Below, in pieces: positions 10,238-20,340 of a stretch of 26,956 nt of DNA. The notes beneath the pieces were generated by a model. It ran no database searches. It was given only the letters and a program-made list of their open reading frames with translations, and was not told where the DNA came from. The first letter of the stretch is position 1. The number at the start of each line of letters is the position of its first letter. A program made the translations under genes and the position numbers. Origin of the DNA: Amoeboradix gromovi X-113 (taxonomy: Eukaryota > Fungi > Sanchytriomycota). Where the stretch lies: the NCBI GenBank assembly GCA_018985225.1, contig JADGIF010000051.1, positions 1-26,956 of the forward strand. Reading direction: 5' to 3'.

Positions 10238-10747
10238 CCAACTAGTCTTTTATCACTTTTTTACGGATTTTTACTCACTTGAAGATTTGCTTTATTAAGG
10301 ATTATAAGCGTAGCGACTGCCCACGAGTCCTTAAAGTAGCCTGATATGATCTGGGTGTTAGCACTCTTGGTTTCTTGTTCTTTGGAGTGACGCACCTTGT
10401 CCATGTCTGACTAGTAAATGCTTCATTACACTCAACTATCGTCTTTCCTCTTTGTTTACACTTGAACTTTAAGCGTTCCTTGAATAAATTGTGCATATAT
10501 ATCTTTCCTGGCGTTGAAAAACATCCAATTCTTCCATGTTTGGACCAGTTCCTCAGTGTTGATGAATGTGTGCTGTACCTGTTATTTCTTTAGATTTGAC
10601 ATATTCCGGATTACATCCATTAATTCCATATATCATTTCTGGAAAGGAATAATATAGAGCATTTAAGCTATTGAAAAAGTCATGAGGTTATATAAAAATG
10701 CATACAAATTCGCGATAAATGATTTATTCAAGAAACAATCGAGCTGC
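10238..10747 (-). mobile_element. Internally deleted, non-autonomous IS607-type element with TnpA and Fanzor2/TnpB remnants
   Basis: The minus strand encodes EYVKSKEIT/(frameshift)RYSTHSSTLRNWSKHGRIGCFSTPGK (IS607 TnpA MerR-like HTH) joined in frame to HNLFKERLKFKCKQRGKTIVECNEAFTSQTWTRC (TnpB/Fanzor2 RuvC-II Glu region and start of the Zn finger). The 5' terminus is repeated elsewhere in the window. End coordinates are inferred. Confidence 0.7.
10392..10620 (-). pseudogene. Fused fragments: IS607 TnpA N-terminus (about 10620-10500) and Fanzor2/TnpB RuvC-II region (10493-10392)
   Basis: Motifs STLRNW..GRI.C..TPG and NEAFTSQT(W)TRC. Frameshifted, with the first Zn-finger Cys replaced by Trp. 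Confidence 0.75.
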
Positions 10748-11076
10748 CGCACCTTTCCAGGAGGTCCTCCAACTTAGAGTTGGGACATTTTCTAATTTTG
10801 GGTCTCAAATACCATTATTAAATAATTTTGATTTTAGACTACTTTCTTTTTATGGTCTAGAAGACTGTATGGAATAGATTCGGTAGCGTTGTCATAGATG
10901 AGAAAGAAATTTTTTTATTCAGCTAGGAAAAAAGTAAGCTTGAGCGATAAATATCATGTAATCAAGAGAGATAGCTCACTCGATTAAAATTTGAAGACTT
11001 GTGCTCTGGCTTTCATAAAAGGCGTCCTTATGTTGAAATGAACATTCGCTATGTTTTGTTAATGATAGGCTCAGAT

Positions 11077-14000
11077 TCAATTTTGTTTATTAAATGCTTC
11101 CTTTCCATGATCTGCTAGTACCGGTGATAGTGGTATAACTGGGGTTGTTGATGATCTGTCCTGTTCAAATATTTTTAATATTCTTTTTTGCGGTGCCTTG
11201 AACATCTTGTGCTGTAAATACTTGCGTACTCCACTACTCTCCTGTGCAAATGCAAATCCAGTATTGTGAATCTCTTTCATAGATGATGCATTTAGTATCA
11301 GCGACTGCCTTGCTCCCCTCATGCTCATCTGCCTTCCTATTGTCCTAGATTCCAATTTAATCTCATTTACTAGTGACTCTGGTGTAGTTGGACTAGATGT
11401 ATCTGCTACGGAACTAGCAGTTGCGTCTTTGACCGGAGTTGTTGTAATCATAGGCATTTCATCTATGTTTTTGATTTGCATTTCTCTTATTATATCCGCA
11501 TTGCTCGGTCTGTATAAACTATTCCATGACTTTACTACCAACCGTGGCAATATTGCAATATAAACTACTATGAATCCGATCAAGTAAAAGCTCGGCTGCT
11601 GGTATAGTAATGCACCTACTCCATACGCACTCCCACTGTACATCAAACTAGTGTATATAGGTATTACAATAAACAGGGATAGTGCACTCAATATTAGCCC
11701 TAAGACCACCCATATGTTCCACAATCTAATATCTAATCCAACGCTCAAATTAGCTGTTATTATTATAGGTATGCTCACCAATGCACCAAAGTAGTCTACG
11801 CTATCACCTACTCCTGTCATAGATGTATCTCCATTAGCCAATATAAACATAACTGCAAACAAGGTACTTGCACTGGCCCAAGCCGCATCTAATATGTATA
11901 TTAAAAACAACCGCCAACCAAAAATCCTATCCATGTACAGCTTAGGATATCTGTAGGAATACTCTTTATTTACATCCACATCGAACAACCCAAGCAACAA
12001 AACGGGCAGCAAGGTTAGCATCATATTGTATATCAACAAGTAAAAGTAGTCGAACAAGAACACGGTACTAAAGCCACAGTAAAACTGATAATAAAACAAA
12101 CAGAACACCCATACACAATTCTTGTAAAAGAAGTTTACAATTAATCCGCTTATCCTGTTGTATGTCCATCTTCCGTGCACCAGTAGCAGTTTTGTTAGAT
12201 ATCTGAATTGTGCAATTGCAAAGTCACTCGACATCGCAGCCTGCTGTCCTTCTAACCCTGATATGCCGACTCCTATATTGGCCTCCTGTATCATAGATAC
12301 ATCGTTAGCTCCATCTCCTATAGCAAGTGCTAGTATCTTCTTGCGCTGTTTAATCAATAGGACAACATCTGCTTTTTGGCGAGGTGACACTCTGCAACAG
12401 ATTACGCTGTTGCACTGCATACCATAATCAGCAAACTTTAGTTTTATTACAGGATCACTAAATACCAATGAGAGTGAATGTCCGTCTATCACTAATGAAT
12501 GGCCATGCATACTATCCTTGTCAAGGGTATTTTTCAAGTTGAGCATACATTTACGCATTTCATCAATCGTGGTGCCTTGTATGATGATCAAATTCATGTT
12601 TTTGTTGATCAAGTTACAGCTAGTTCCGATGTTGATAGCTGTTTCGACCTTATCGCCTGTTAAGACCCAAAGTTTAATGCCCGCATTAGCCATACTTAGT
12701 ATGCACTCTGGTACGCCCAATTGCAGTTTATCCTCAATGGCTGTAGCGCCTAGCAGCACTAGACTCTGTTCGTATTTATTCGCTACTTGGTCAACTAGAT
12801 CGTCTCTATTGTCAAACGACGTAGCTGCTGCATTCATTTCATTGACAAATGTGTCATACTCAGCAGTGGACATTGTTCTATAAGAAATACATAGCGTTCT
12901 TAAACCTTGGTTAGCAAATAGCTCTAAATGATCAAATGTCTGTTGCTTCATCTTTTCTTGATTTGGGGCCAATCTAGAGTAGATTATACTATCAGCACCC
13001 TTAACAATCATGTAAATCTGGTTGTTATAGTCCACTATAGTGGTCATTCTCTTTCTTAAGCTGCTAAACTCGATAGTATGTAGAACTGGAATTTGCTGGA
13101 GATTACCAAAGACATTTATTGTGGCAACGTTATTAATTACGTTGACAAAAGAATGACCCATATCCCTCGCAGTACTAACTAGCGCGGCCTCATCAGGAGA
13201 CTGTGCCTTATATTGACCGTTTTTGTCAACCAAAACTGTATGGCACAATGATAGGAATAGAAAAAACTGTTTGATTAACATGGGATGATCAGGATTGACT
13301 AGTTCATCAGGCAACTCTGTATTGTTCAAATGATCAATAATGCTCAAATCTACAAATTGTATAGCTGGACTGTTAGTATCGCTCTCTGTAGAAGTGATAG
13401 CTGAATTAGCGCCGCACATATCTTTCATTCTAGAAGCCATTTCCTTTGCCAATAAAGCCATGGTTGCGTTTATAGTTTTTGCGTTTTTATTCTTTAGTTT
13501 ATCAGTGAGTGAATCAGTAGTAATTCCATACGCAACTCCATTTATTGAGCATTTCTTGAATTCCATGATATTCTGAGTTAAAGTGCCTGTCTTGTCGCTA
13601 AATACATAATCAATCTGACCCAAATCATCACCAATAGTCCATGATTTAGGGACCGCGTGCTGGTCCGGGATAGATTGTTGCTCAGGCCTGCCGTTTATAG
13701 CAGATATATGATCGTGGCCCTTTAGAGTTGTATCGATATCCTCGTGAATGTAATAGGCACTTACTATTTTGACAAATTCAATAGAAATATATACCGAAAT
13801 GGGTACTATGTTTTGATATAAGATCAAGGAAGCCCCAAAAGCAAATAAGATATTATAGATTACAGAGGCTTCAACATAATTCTTATATAGTTTTTTAGAT
13901 CTATCTGCAGGATAAATAGAAAGAAGAGGGTACTGATCAACAGTAGCATAGCCGATAGATGTAATTATACACAATACTGCAATCAACAGGAAATTGAAAG

Positions 14001-14886
14001 CAACTAGAGGATTAAGTTGCTTGTCAATTTTAGATCTTTTGGTTGGAGTAGGACGGGTATTCAACATGATTTTGGTATCTGCACCAGTGTAGAGTACCAG
14101 ACCAATAACGTAGTCAGTGTTACGCAGTATACTACCACGAAGTAGAACGTGCTTGAAAGTTAATGGCGACTTAGTAGGAGATTCGGTGTTATTTTGTATA
14201 TTACCTTGGAACGAGTATAAATTAGGGTTAGGATCTTCATACTCTATAGATATTTCTTGTTTTTCAAACCATTTTTGAGTCAAATTAGATCCTACAGCCT
14301 CATAGATTTTCAAATTAGTTTCGCCATCTAAATTTTTGGTTTCGACATAACAAATACCGGCTGGATCGCTACTATTAAGAATTAAACAATCAGCAGGGAT
14401 AGGCTGATCCTGAGCAATATAAACTAACCGTCCAGTAGCAATATCCTTCCATAAGAATGTTTGTAATTTATCTAAATTATTGTTTCTTACAGAAATAAGG
14501 TCATCCGAGGACATAAGTACATTGCTCTTTTGGTAATTGACAAAAGAGTTTTGTTTGTATCTTTTGTAGTCTTCAAAAGCATCTTTAGCACCAGTAAGAA
14601 ACAATATAAAAGCCAAAGGTAAAATGCTCATATAAATAGCACCAACACCATATTCGGGTATGAATTGCAAAATTACGAGCAACAAGAAATATATGTTAGC
14701 GATCTTATGAAACTGTTCAAATAAATTCTTTGGTAAAAAATTAAGCAAGGAGTATTTGGTTGTCTTTATCAAATTAGCATTAACATTTGGATCATCTGTT
14801 TTCAGCTTTAATCCAACTAGCAATGAATGAATAATTCCTGCTTTGGGACCATCAAAAATAGCACCATTTGGATTCAGAAATCTCAT
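11077..14886 (-). CDS. DNF1: P4-type ATPase phospholipid flippase, Dnf1/2-like (1269 aa from first ATG)
   Basis: TTKYSLLNFLPKNLFEQF, DGETNLK, YQNIVPISVYISIE, DKTGTLT, SPDEAALV, GDGAND and C-terminal GFAFAQE. The P4 family call is secure; Dnf1/2 subfamily rests on the TM4 YQ..VPIS motif. Confidence 0.9.
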   Translation of the reverse strand: MRFLNPNGAIFDGPKAGIIHSLLVGLKLKTDDPNVNANLIKTTKYSLLNFLPKNLFEQFHKIANIYFLLLVILQFIPEYGVGAIYMSILPLAFILFLTGAKDAFEDYKRYKQNSFVNYQKSNVLMSSDDLISVRNNNLDKLQTFLWKDIATGRLVYIAQDQPIPADCLILNSSDPAGICYVETKNLDGETNLKIYEAVGSNLTQKWFEKQEISIEYEDPNPNLYSFQGNIQNNTESPTKSPLTFKHVLLRGSILRNTDYVIGLVLYTGADTKIMLNTRPTPTKRSKIDKQLNPLVAFNFLLIAVLCIITSIGYATVDQYPLLSIYPADRSKKLYKNYVEASVIYNILFAFGASLILYQNIVPISVYISIEFVKIVSAYYIHEDIDTTLKGHDHISAINGRPEQQSIPDQHAVPKSWTIGDDLGQIDYVFSDKTGTLTQNIMEFKKCSINGVAYGITTDSLTDKLKNKNAKTINATMALLAKEMASRMKDMCGANSAITSTESDTNSPAIQFVDLSIIDHLNNTELPDELVNPDHPMLIKQFFLFLSLCHTVLVDKNGQYKAQSPDEAALVSTARDMGHSFVNVINNVATINVFGNLQQIPVLHTIEFSSLRKRMTTIVDYNNQIYMIVKGADSIIYSRLAPNQEKMKQQTFDHLELFANQGLRTLCISYRTMSTAEYDTFVNEMNAAATSFDNRDDLVDQVANKYEQSLVLLGATAIEDKLQLGVPECILSMANAGIKLWVLTGDKVETAINIGTSCNLINKNMNLIIIQGTTIDEMRKCMLNLKNTLDKDSMHGHSLVIDGHSLSLVFSDPVIKLKFADYGMQCNSVICCRVSPRQKADVVLLIKQRKKILALAIGDGANDVSMIQEANIGVGISGLEGQQAAMSSDFAIAQFRYLTKLLLVHGRWTYNRISGLIVNFFYKNCVWVFCLFYYQFYCGFSTVFLFDYFYLLIYNMMLTLLPVLLLGLFDVDVNKEYSYRYPKLYMDRIFGWRLFLIYILDAAWASASTLFAVMFILANGDTSMTGVGDSVDYFGALVSIPIIITANLSVGLDIRLWNIWVVLGLILSALSLFIVIPIYTSLMYSGSAYGVGALLYQQPSFYLIGFIVVYIAILPRLVVKSWNSLYRPSNADIIREMQIKNIDEMPMITTTPVKDATASSVADTSSPTTPESLVNEIKLESRTIGRQMSMRGARQSLILNASSMKEIHNTGFAFAQESSGVRKYLQHKMFKAPQKRILKIFEQDRSSTTPVIPLSPVLADHGKEAFNKQN

Positions 14887-15178
14887 ATGTTTTAACTCCA
14901 GCCATGTCCAAGTAGAGATGATTTCAGACAAACATCTACATGAGTGGTGCTTAGGAATAACATAAGAGATATCCTAGCTATTTGAGAAGTATAGAATAAA
15001 ACATCAAGCATTCTGTAAGATTTTACAAAGAAATATTTGTAAAATGTGGTACCTCATGGGAAATTTTCTTTAACAACAGCACTGACTTCCTTTTTACAGA
15101 GGACCATTCTGTCACTTGGAAATTGGAAGAATATCTTAACCTTCATTTCTTTTTTCTCATCCTCTTCTTTCATCGTTT

Positions 15179-15461
15179 GGGACACCAAATATAAAAACTA
15201 GACCAAGTCGTTTTTAAAGTAGGTACTACATAAGGAGGAAATATTATTAATAAAAGCCCTTTTTCTTCGTATAACCTGTTTTTGTTTTCTATTCTTGTTA
15301 GTCATTGTTTCCAAGATTTTGATGGATGAAATGCTTTTATACTAAAATATTTACTTGAACCAGTCAGATTAATTTAATTTAATTTACTATCGGCAAATAC
15401 ACTTGATATAATGATTCAAACTGTATCAGAGAGTTAGTCTAGTTTTTATATTTGATGTCCC
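15179..15461 (+). mobile_element. MITE copy 3 (283 bp), same TIR family with diverged interior
   Basis: gggacaccaaatataaaaactagacc ... agttagtctagtttttatatttgatgtccc; the subterminal gtttttaaag and taataaaag are shared with copies 1 and 2. Confidence 0.8.
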
Positions 15462-15786
15462 AATTGTTCCCAAAATGAAGAGTTTAGCGAGTAAAACTCT
15501 CAAAACAAGATAAGATGACTTTCTGGGAATTCAAGAATAAACTAATTATATAACTCAGTACTATCCTGCTTGCGCATTTTCTAGCAATACATCATACTAA
15601 AGTCTTACGAAACTTGCTGTTAAATACTGGGTCTAGTTTTAATATTGCGTATAAACATTGCAATGTATGAATCTTGAAAAACAAAAGATGAAATTTTAAA
15701 CAGCTATCATTATGGCTTGTCTAAACAATGAATAGTGGCTTGAGTTGCTTTTATTTTTCATCCCTTGCGACACAAACTTTAACATC

Positions 15787-17181
15787 ATGTCAAATTCGAA
15801 AGCACCGAAAACTGCACAAACCGAAGATGTTCTAAACACAAAAGGCAACTCTTTTGAAGACTACTATTTAAAGAAAGACCTTTTGTTAGGATTACACGAA
15901 GCTGGATTTGAAAAACCATCCCCAATTCAGGAGGAGAGCATACCGGTTATTTTATCTGGTCGAGATATTTTAGCCAGAGCCAAGAATGGTACTGGCAAGA
16001 CTGGTGCATTTGTAATCCCCACTTTAGAGAAGCTGAATGTTCAAAAAAAGAAAATTCAGGCAATCATTCTTGTTCCCACCCGTGAGTTAGCCTTACAAAC
16101 CGCGCAAGTATGCAAAACTCTTGGCAAGCATTTAAATCTGCAGGTCATGGTTACTACCGGTGGTACTTCTCTAAAGGACGATATTATTAGATTGCAACAA
16201 ACTGTGCACATCGCTGTGGCTACTCCGGGTAGAGTCTTAGATCTAGCTAGTAAAGCTGTTTGTATCCTTGACGAATGCGACTTAATGATTTTGGATGAGG
16301 CTGACAAGCTATTAAGCCCTCAAGATTTCCTCCCGGTAGTTGAACAATTACTACAGTACTTACCTAAAGAGCGTCAAATATTGTTATTTAGTGCCACATT
16401 CCCCTCCACTGTCAAATCATTCAGAGACAAGTGGCTAATGCGTCCTTACGAAATCAATTTAATGGATGAACTGACTTTAAAAGGTATTACCCAATACTAT
16501 GCTTTTGTGGAGGAACAGCAAAAGGTTCATTGCCTTAACACACTATTCTCCAAGCTACAAATCAACCAATCTATAATTTTCTGCAATTCTACAAACAGAG
16601 TTGAATTATTAGCTAAACGTATTACCCAGTTGGGCTATTCTTGCTATTACATACATGCTAAGATGCAGCAATCCCATCGTAACAGAGTATTTCATGATTT
16701 TAGAGAAGGCAAGTGTAGGAATTTAGTTTGCAGTGATTTATTAACTCGTGGTATAGATATTCAAGCAGTGAACGTAGTATTTAATTTTGATTTCCCACGA
16801 TCAGCAGAGACTTATCTCCATCGTATTGGTCGTAGTGGAAGATTCGGGCATCTAGGATTAGCCATCAATTTAATCACTCATGAAGACAGAGTTAACTTGT
16901 ACAAGATTGAACAAGAGTTAGGAACCGAGATATCGCCTATCCCTGTCGTTATTGATAAGAGACTGTATGTGCCTCCCAGTTTAATCACTGACAAAGTGAA
17001 TGAACCAAAAGCACCAAAAGAGGAAGTAAATGGACCACCTGGATATAGACAGCAAAAACAGCCAGTATTTAATGAAAATGATGTGAAAGAGAACAACGAA
17101 AAGCAGCAGCAAAATGAGCGATTTAAACAACCACGTGGAAGAGCAAGAGGCCGAGGAAACAGAGGCCGAGGAAGATATTAA
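15787..17181 (+). CDS. DHH1: DEAD-box RNA helicase Dhh1/DDX6 (464 aa)
   Basis: [68 protein letters not shown]; RG-rich tail. Confidence 0.97.
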   Translation: MSNSKAPKTAQTEDVLNTKGNSFEDYYLKKDLLLGLHEAGFEKPSPIQEESIPVILSGRDILARAKNGTGKTGAFVIPTLEKLNVQKKKIQAIILVPTRELALQTAQVCKTLGKHLNLQVMVTTGGTSLKDDIIRLQQTVHIAVATPGRVLDLASKAVCILDECDLMILDEADKLLSPQDFLPVVEQLLQYLPKERQILLFSATFPSTVKSFRDKWLMRPYEINLMDELTLKGITQYYAFVEEQQKVHCLNTLFSKLQINQSIIFCNSTNRVELLAKRITQLGYSCYYIHAKMQQSHRNRVFHDFREGKCRNLVCSDLLTRGIDIQAVNVVFNFDFPRSAETYLHRIGRSGRFGHLGLAINLITHEDRVNLYKIEQELGTEISPIPVVIDKRLYVPPSLITDKVNEPKAPKEEVNGPPGYRQQKQPVFNENDVKENNEKQQQNERFKQPRGRARGRGNRGRGRY

Positions 17182-17202
17182 AACAAAAAACCCAACCAAA
17201 AA

Positions 17203-17242
17203 GGTGGGCCTGGTTTACTAAATACAGTAAGCTGGGCTCGCC
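17203..17242 (+). other. 17-bp RNA-type hairpin (12 Watson-Crick + 5 G.U pairs, 6-nt loop)
   Basis: ggtgggcctggtttact-aaatac-agtaagctgggctcgcc pairs without interruption only on the + strand. Confidence 0.7.
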
Positions 17243-17478
17243 CCATTTCACAAATGATTTTATTGCCTTTATAACTCTTGTATCGTTCATAACAAAGCAT
17301 CTCGCTTCCTTCAACTTTTCTAACTTGATGTGCAGCTTTTCAGGCGAATCTGTTTCTTTCGCATTTTATTCGCTACAAAACACCGCACTCAAGTACTCTG
17401 ACAAAGGGATTATCTTGCTCAAGCTAGTTAAAGATCATAACAATAGCTTGTTTCAAAGCACATCTTTTAAGTAGGATG

Positions 17479-18510
17479 TTAGGGCACAACTGGAAAATAA
17501 GATTTATCAGTATCCATGTGTGGCAAAATGTTGCATTGAACTAGCTCTAAAACGTGATCATTAACGATTTCCAAATTTTCAGGGTTAGACAGCGCTGAAT
17601 CTCTAAGATTCTCGCTAATATTTAACTGGTGTGAAGAAAACCTTTCAATAAAATTCGTGTTGATGTCCATCAATGCATCTTTAGATTTATCCATCAAATA
17701 AAGTTGATATGCCTCTAAGAAAAGTACGTTTTCATCGCAATAGTGCTTTTTTGCTACAGAATAAAGAGAGTCAAAAAGATAAAATCTACCAGAGATTTGT
17801 ATTTTCCGACGGCATCGGTTAAATGCAATAATGATCAATGGGTAATAAGTGGAATAAAACGTGAATATCATAAGTTGAACACACATGTTCTGATCTTCGT
17901 TGAGGTAATTAAAAAAGGGTTTTGTCACCAAAAATAAAAAGCTCATGAATATGCAATGAATCAAGAATAACAGAAACTCTAGGCGTAGGTTGAACATGTC
18001 CTTGCCATTCCAATACATGCTGACGGCAAATATCATCAAGATTAAGAATACTGCATAAAATAAAAGTGTAACAAACACAGATGGGTACTTGTTACACTTG
18101 GCTTCTGAATAGCCATTTATTATAAAGTAAGCTATGGGAACTGATAGGTTGATTGCAATAAAAGGTACTCCGACTATGAACACATATCTGACTTTGAGGT
18201 TATGTTGTGGTGACCAAAAAACTAGACAAACATTTTTTAGGAATCTTGATCCCTCAGTAGTGATCAAATGGTACAACGTAGCTTTCAAAATAAAGGTAAA
18301 ATACAATACCCTACCAAGAATCTGCACCAGAATACATGGCAACTCCCAATAAATAATTTGATATGCTATCAAACTCGCCAAATTCACTACATAAATCAAA
18401 GCTAAATTTCTACATTTGATGATGTGATTTCTGGAGAACAAAGGCAGAATAAACATCCCTATCGAGAGATACAAAGTAATTAACCAATATGCCCAAATCG
18501 GCATAATCAT
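17479..18510 (-). CDS. 7TM-RGS protein (multi-pass membrane domain plus C-terminal RGS domain)
   Basis: About 7 hydrophobic segments and KDMFNLRLEF, then the RGS signatures KKHYCDENVLFLEAY, NFIERFSSHQLNIS and HVLELVQCNILP. Confidence 0.82.
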   Translation of the reverse strand: MIMPIWAYWLITLYLSIGMFILPLFSRNHIIKCRNLALIYVVNLASLIAYQIIYWELPCILVQILGRVLYFTFILKATLYHLITTEGSRFLKNVCLVFWSPQHNLKVRYVFIVGVPFIAINLSVPIAYFIINGYSEAKCNKYPSVFVTLLFYAVFLILMIFAVSMYWNGKDMFNLRLEFLLFLIHCIFMSFLFLVTKPFFNYLNEDQNMCVQLMIFTFYSTYYPLIIIAFNRCRRKIQISGRFYLFDSLYSVAKKHYCDENVLFLEAYQLYLMDKSKDALMDINTNFIERFSSHQLNISENLRDSALSNPENLEIVNDHVLELVQCNILPHMDTDKSYFPVVP

Positions 18511-18783
18511 GGCCCGTGCGTTTCAATTATTTAGGTTGTAATTAGGAATATTTTTTAATCCTATCGAAGCTCCAGGCTACAATACAGTAAATCTCATAGC
18601 GTACTATCTATTGACGCAACAATTTGAAACACAAAAAAAAGACTTAAACATTAGCTTGAAAAGTTCATTGATAAACTTGAGACTACCATGATTTAATGTG
18701 AATAATTCGTGCGTTTACATACGATTCTCTTGATATTTTTTTAAATAATCTTTATCGAGGGATGAGGGTGAAAGTAGGAGCGT

Positions 18784-20241
18784 ATGTTTGTGCTAATAGA
18801 AACTGCTGCAGGATACGCATTGTTAGATGCAGACAAAGAAGCAACTAAAGCATCACAAGTATCATTACAAGCTTTTCATCCCTTTTCTACGACACAGTCT
18901 GCTCTGCAAGCAATGTTACACAGTGTTGATAATTCGGTAGACCCAAATTTGCAGTCTTTTTTAAAAAAACATGTTAAAGATGTAGTCATGGTTGACAAGC
19001 ATTTGGCACCGCAATTGAAAAAGATCAAAGTAGTTCATATGGAAACTCAGATAAGAAGATTCATCCAGAAACATTTGGGTGCGCTCTTAAAAGATAACAA
19101 TGTCAAAGAAATGCAACTTGGGCTAGCTCATGCGATGGCTAGATATAAACTAAAGTTTAGCGCTGACAAATTGGATACTATGATTATTCAGGCAGTGGCG
19201 CTATTAGATGATTTGGATAAGCAGGTTAATACCTACGCGATGAGAGTAAAGGAATGGTATGGATGGCATTTTCCCGAATTAGCAAAAATTGTAGTTGATA
19301 ACTCGGCGTATTCAAAGTTTGTACTGCTATGTGGTGTCCGCACCAATATCGATCAAGTCCATGAACAGCTAAGTAAGATCTTACCACTAGAAATTGAGGA
19401 TCAGGTTTTAAAAGCGGCTCAAATGTCCATGGGAACTGAAATCAATGAGAATGACGTAAAAGCAATAAGACATTTAGCCACTCAGGTTGTTGAGTTAACA
19501 GATTATCGAAATCAGCTACATAGATACTTGTGTACTAGAATGCAAGCCATAGCCCCTAACCTCACTGCCATTGTGGGAGAATTAGTTGGTGCTCGTTTGA
19601 TTTCACATGCGGGTTCTCTTCTTTCCTTGGCTAAACAACCAGCGTCTACAATTCAGCTTTTGGGTGCGGAGAAGGCATTATTTAGAGCGTTAAAGACCAA
19701 GAAAGCAACGCCTAAATACGGGTTGCTGTTTCATGCATCTTTGGTGGGCACCGCCCAAGCTAAAAACAAGGGCAAAATTGCAAGACTTGTGGCTACAAAG
19801 TGTGCGCTAGGTGCCAGGCTAGATGCTTTATGTGATGAGAGCGTGGATTTAGGCGATGATTTCAGAAATACAATTGAAAACAGATTAAATGTTTTAGAGG
19901 GAAGACCAGTTACTAAGATAGTGAAGACACAATCCAAGGTATTTGAAGTTGAGGGTGTTGTGCAACCAAAAAGTGTCAAACCAATAAGTGTCAAACCAAT
20001 AAGTGTCAAACCGACAAGTGAAGAAGTGCCAGAGTCGGAGATAGTACAGACTACGCCTATGGATGTTGATGAGGAGCAAGAAAAGCCTAAGAAGAAGAAG
20101 AGCAAGAAATCTAAAAAGTCTTCGACCGTTGAAGAGATAGAAGAACCAAGCAAAAAGAGAAAAGCAGAAGAACAAGATAATGGCCAAGAAGAGGAGAAGA
20201 AAAAGAAAAAGAAGAAACGCAAGTCAAAGGCAGATGAATAA
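18784..20241 (+). CDS. NOP58: Box C/D snoRNP protein Nop58
   Basis: MFVLIETAAGYA, LGLAHAMARYKLKFSADKLDTMIIQA, RVKEWYGWHFPEL, IQLLGAEKALFRALKT, TPKYG; Lys/Glu-rich tail. Confidence 0.96.
   Translation: MFVLIETAAGYALLDADKEATKASQVSLQAFHPFSTTQSALQAMLHSVDNSVDPNLQSFLKKHVKDVVMVDKHLAPQLKKIKVVHMETQIRRFIQKHLGALLKDNNVKEMQLGLAHAMARYKLKFSADKLDTMIIQAVALLDDLDKQVNTYAMRVKEWYGWHFPELAKIVVDNSAYSKFVLLCGVRTNIDQVHEQLSKILPLEIEDQVLKAAQMSMGTEINENDVKAIRHLATQVVELTDYRNQLHRYLCTRMQAIAPNLTAIVGELVGARLISHAGSLLSLAKQPASTIQLLGAEKALFRALKTKKATPKYGLLFHASLVGTAQAKNKGKIARLVATKCALGARLDALCDESVDLGDDFRNTIENRLNVLEGRPVTKIVKTQSKVFEVEGVVQPKSVKPISVKPISVKPTSEEVPESEIVQTTPMDVDEEQEKPKKKKSKKSKKSSTVEEIEEPSKKRKAEEQDNGQEEEKKKKKKKRKSKADE
19965..20020 (+). 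repeat. Coding 15-bp tandem repeat (aagtgtcaaaccaat, about 3.5 copies; SVKPI) in the NOP58 tail
   Basis: aagtgtcaaaccaat aagtgtcaaaccaat aagtgtcaaaccgac aagtg. Confidence 0.9.
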
Positions 20242-20340
20242 ATTATATATTTTTACTACATTCTATAGCTGTACTGGTTCTATTCTAACTTGTTATTGCA
20301 AAGAAATCAAAGTGCTATCTTCCCCATTCGTCGCAGATAT

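Noticed and set aside
10302-10496. 64-aa ORF as a functional Fanzor/TnpB nuclease
   Set aside because: Only the RuvC-II region is present; RuvC-I and RuvC-III are missing and the Zn finger is broken.
18761-18766. PAC-like GATGAG upstream of NOP58
   Set aside because: A single hexamer lacking the full GCGATGAG context; chance occurrence is plausible.
11321-20222. Many 60-160 aa ORFs antisense to or overlapping real genes (e.g. 12518-12883, 16056-16307, 19731-20222)
   Set aside because: They are shadows of conserved genes with no recognisable motifs.
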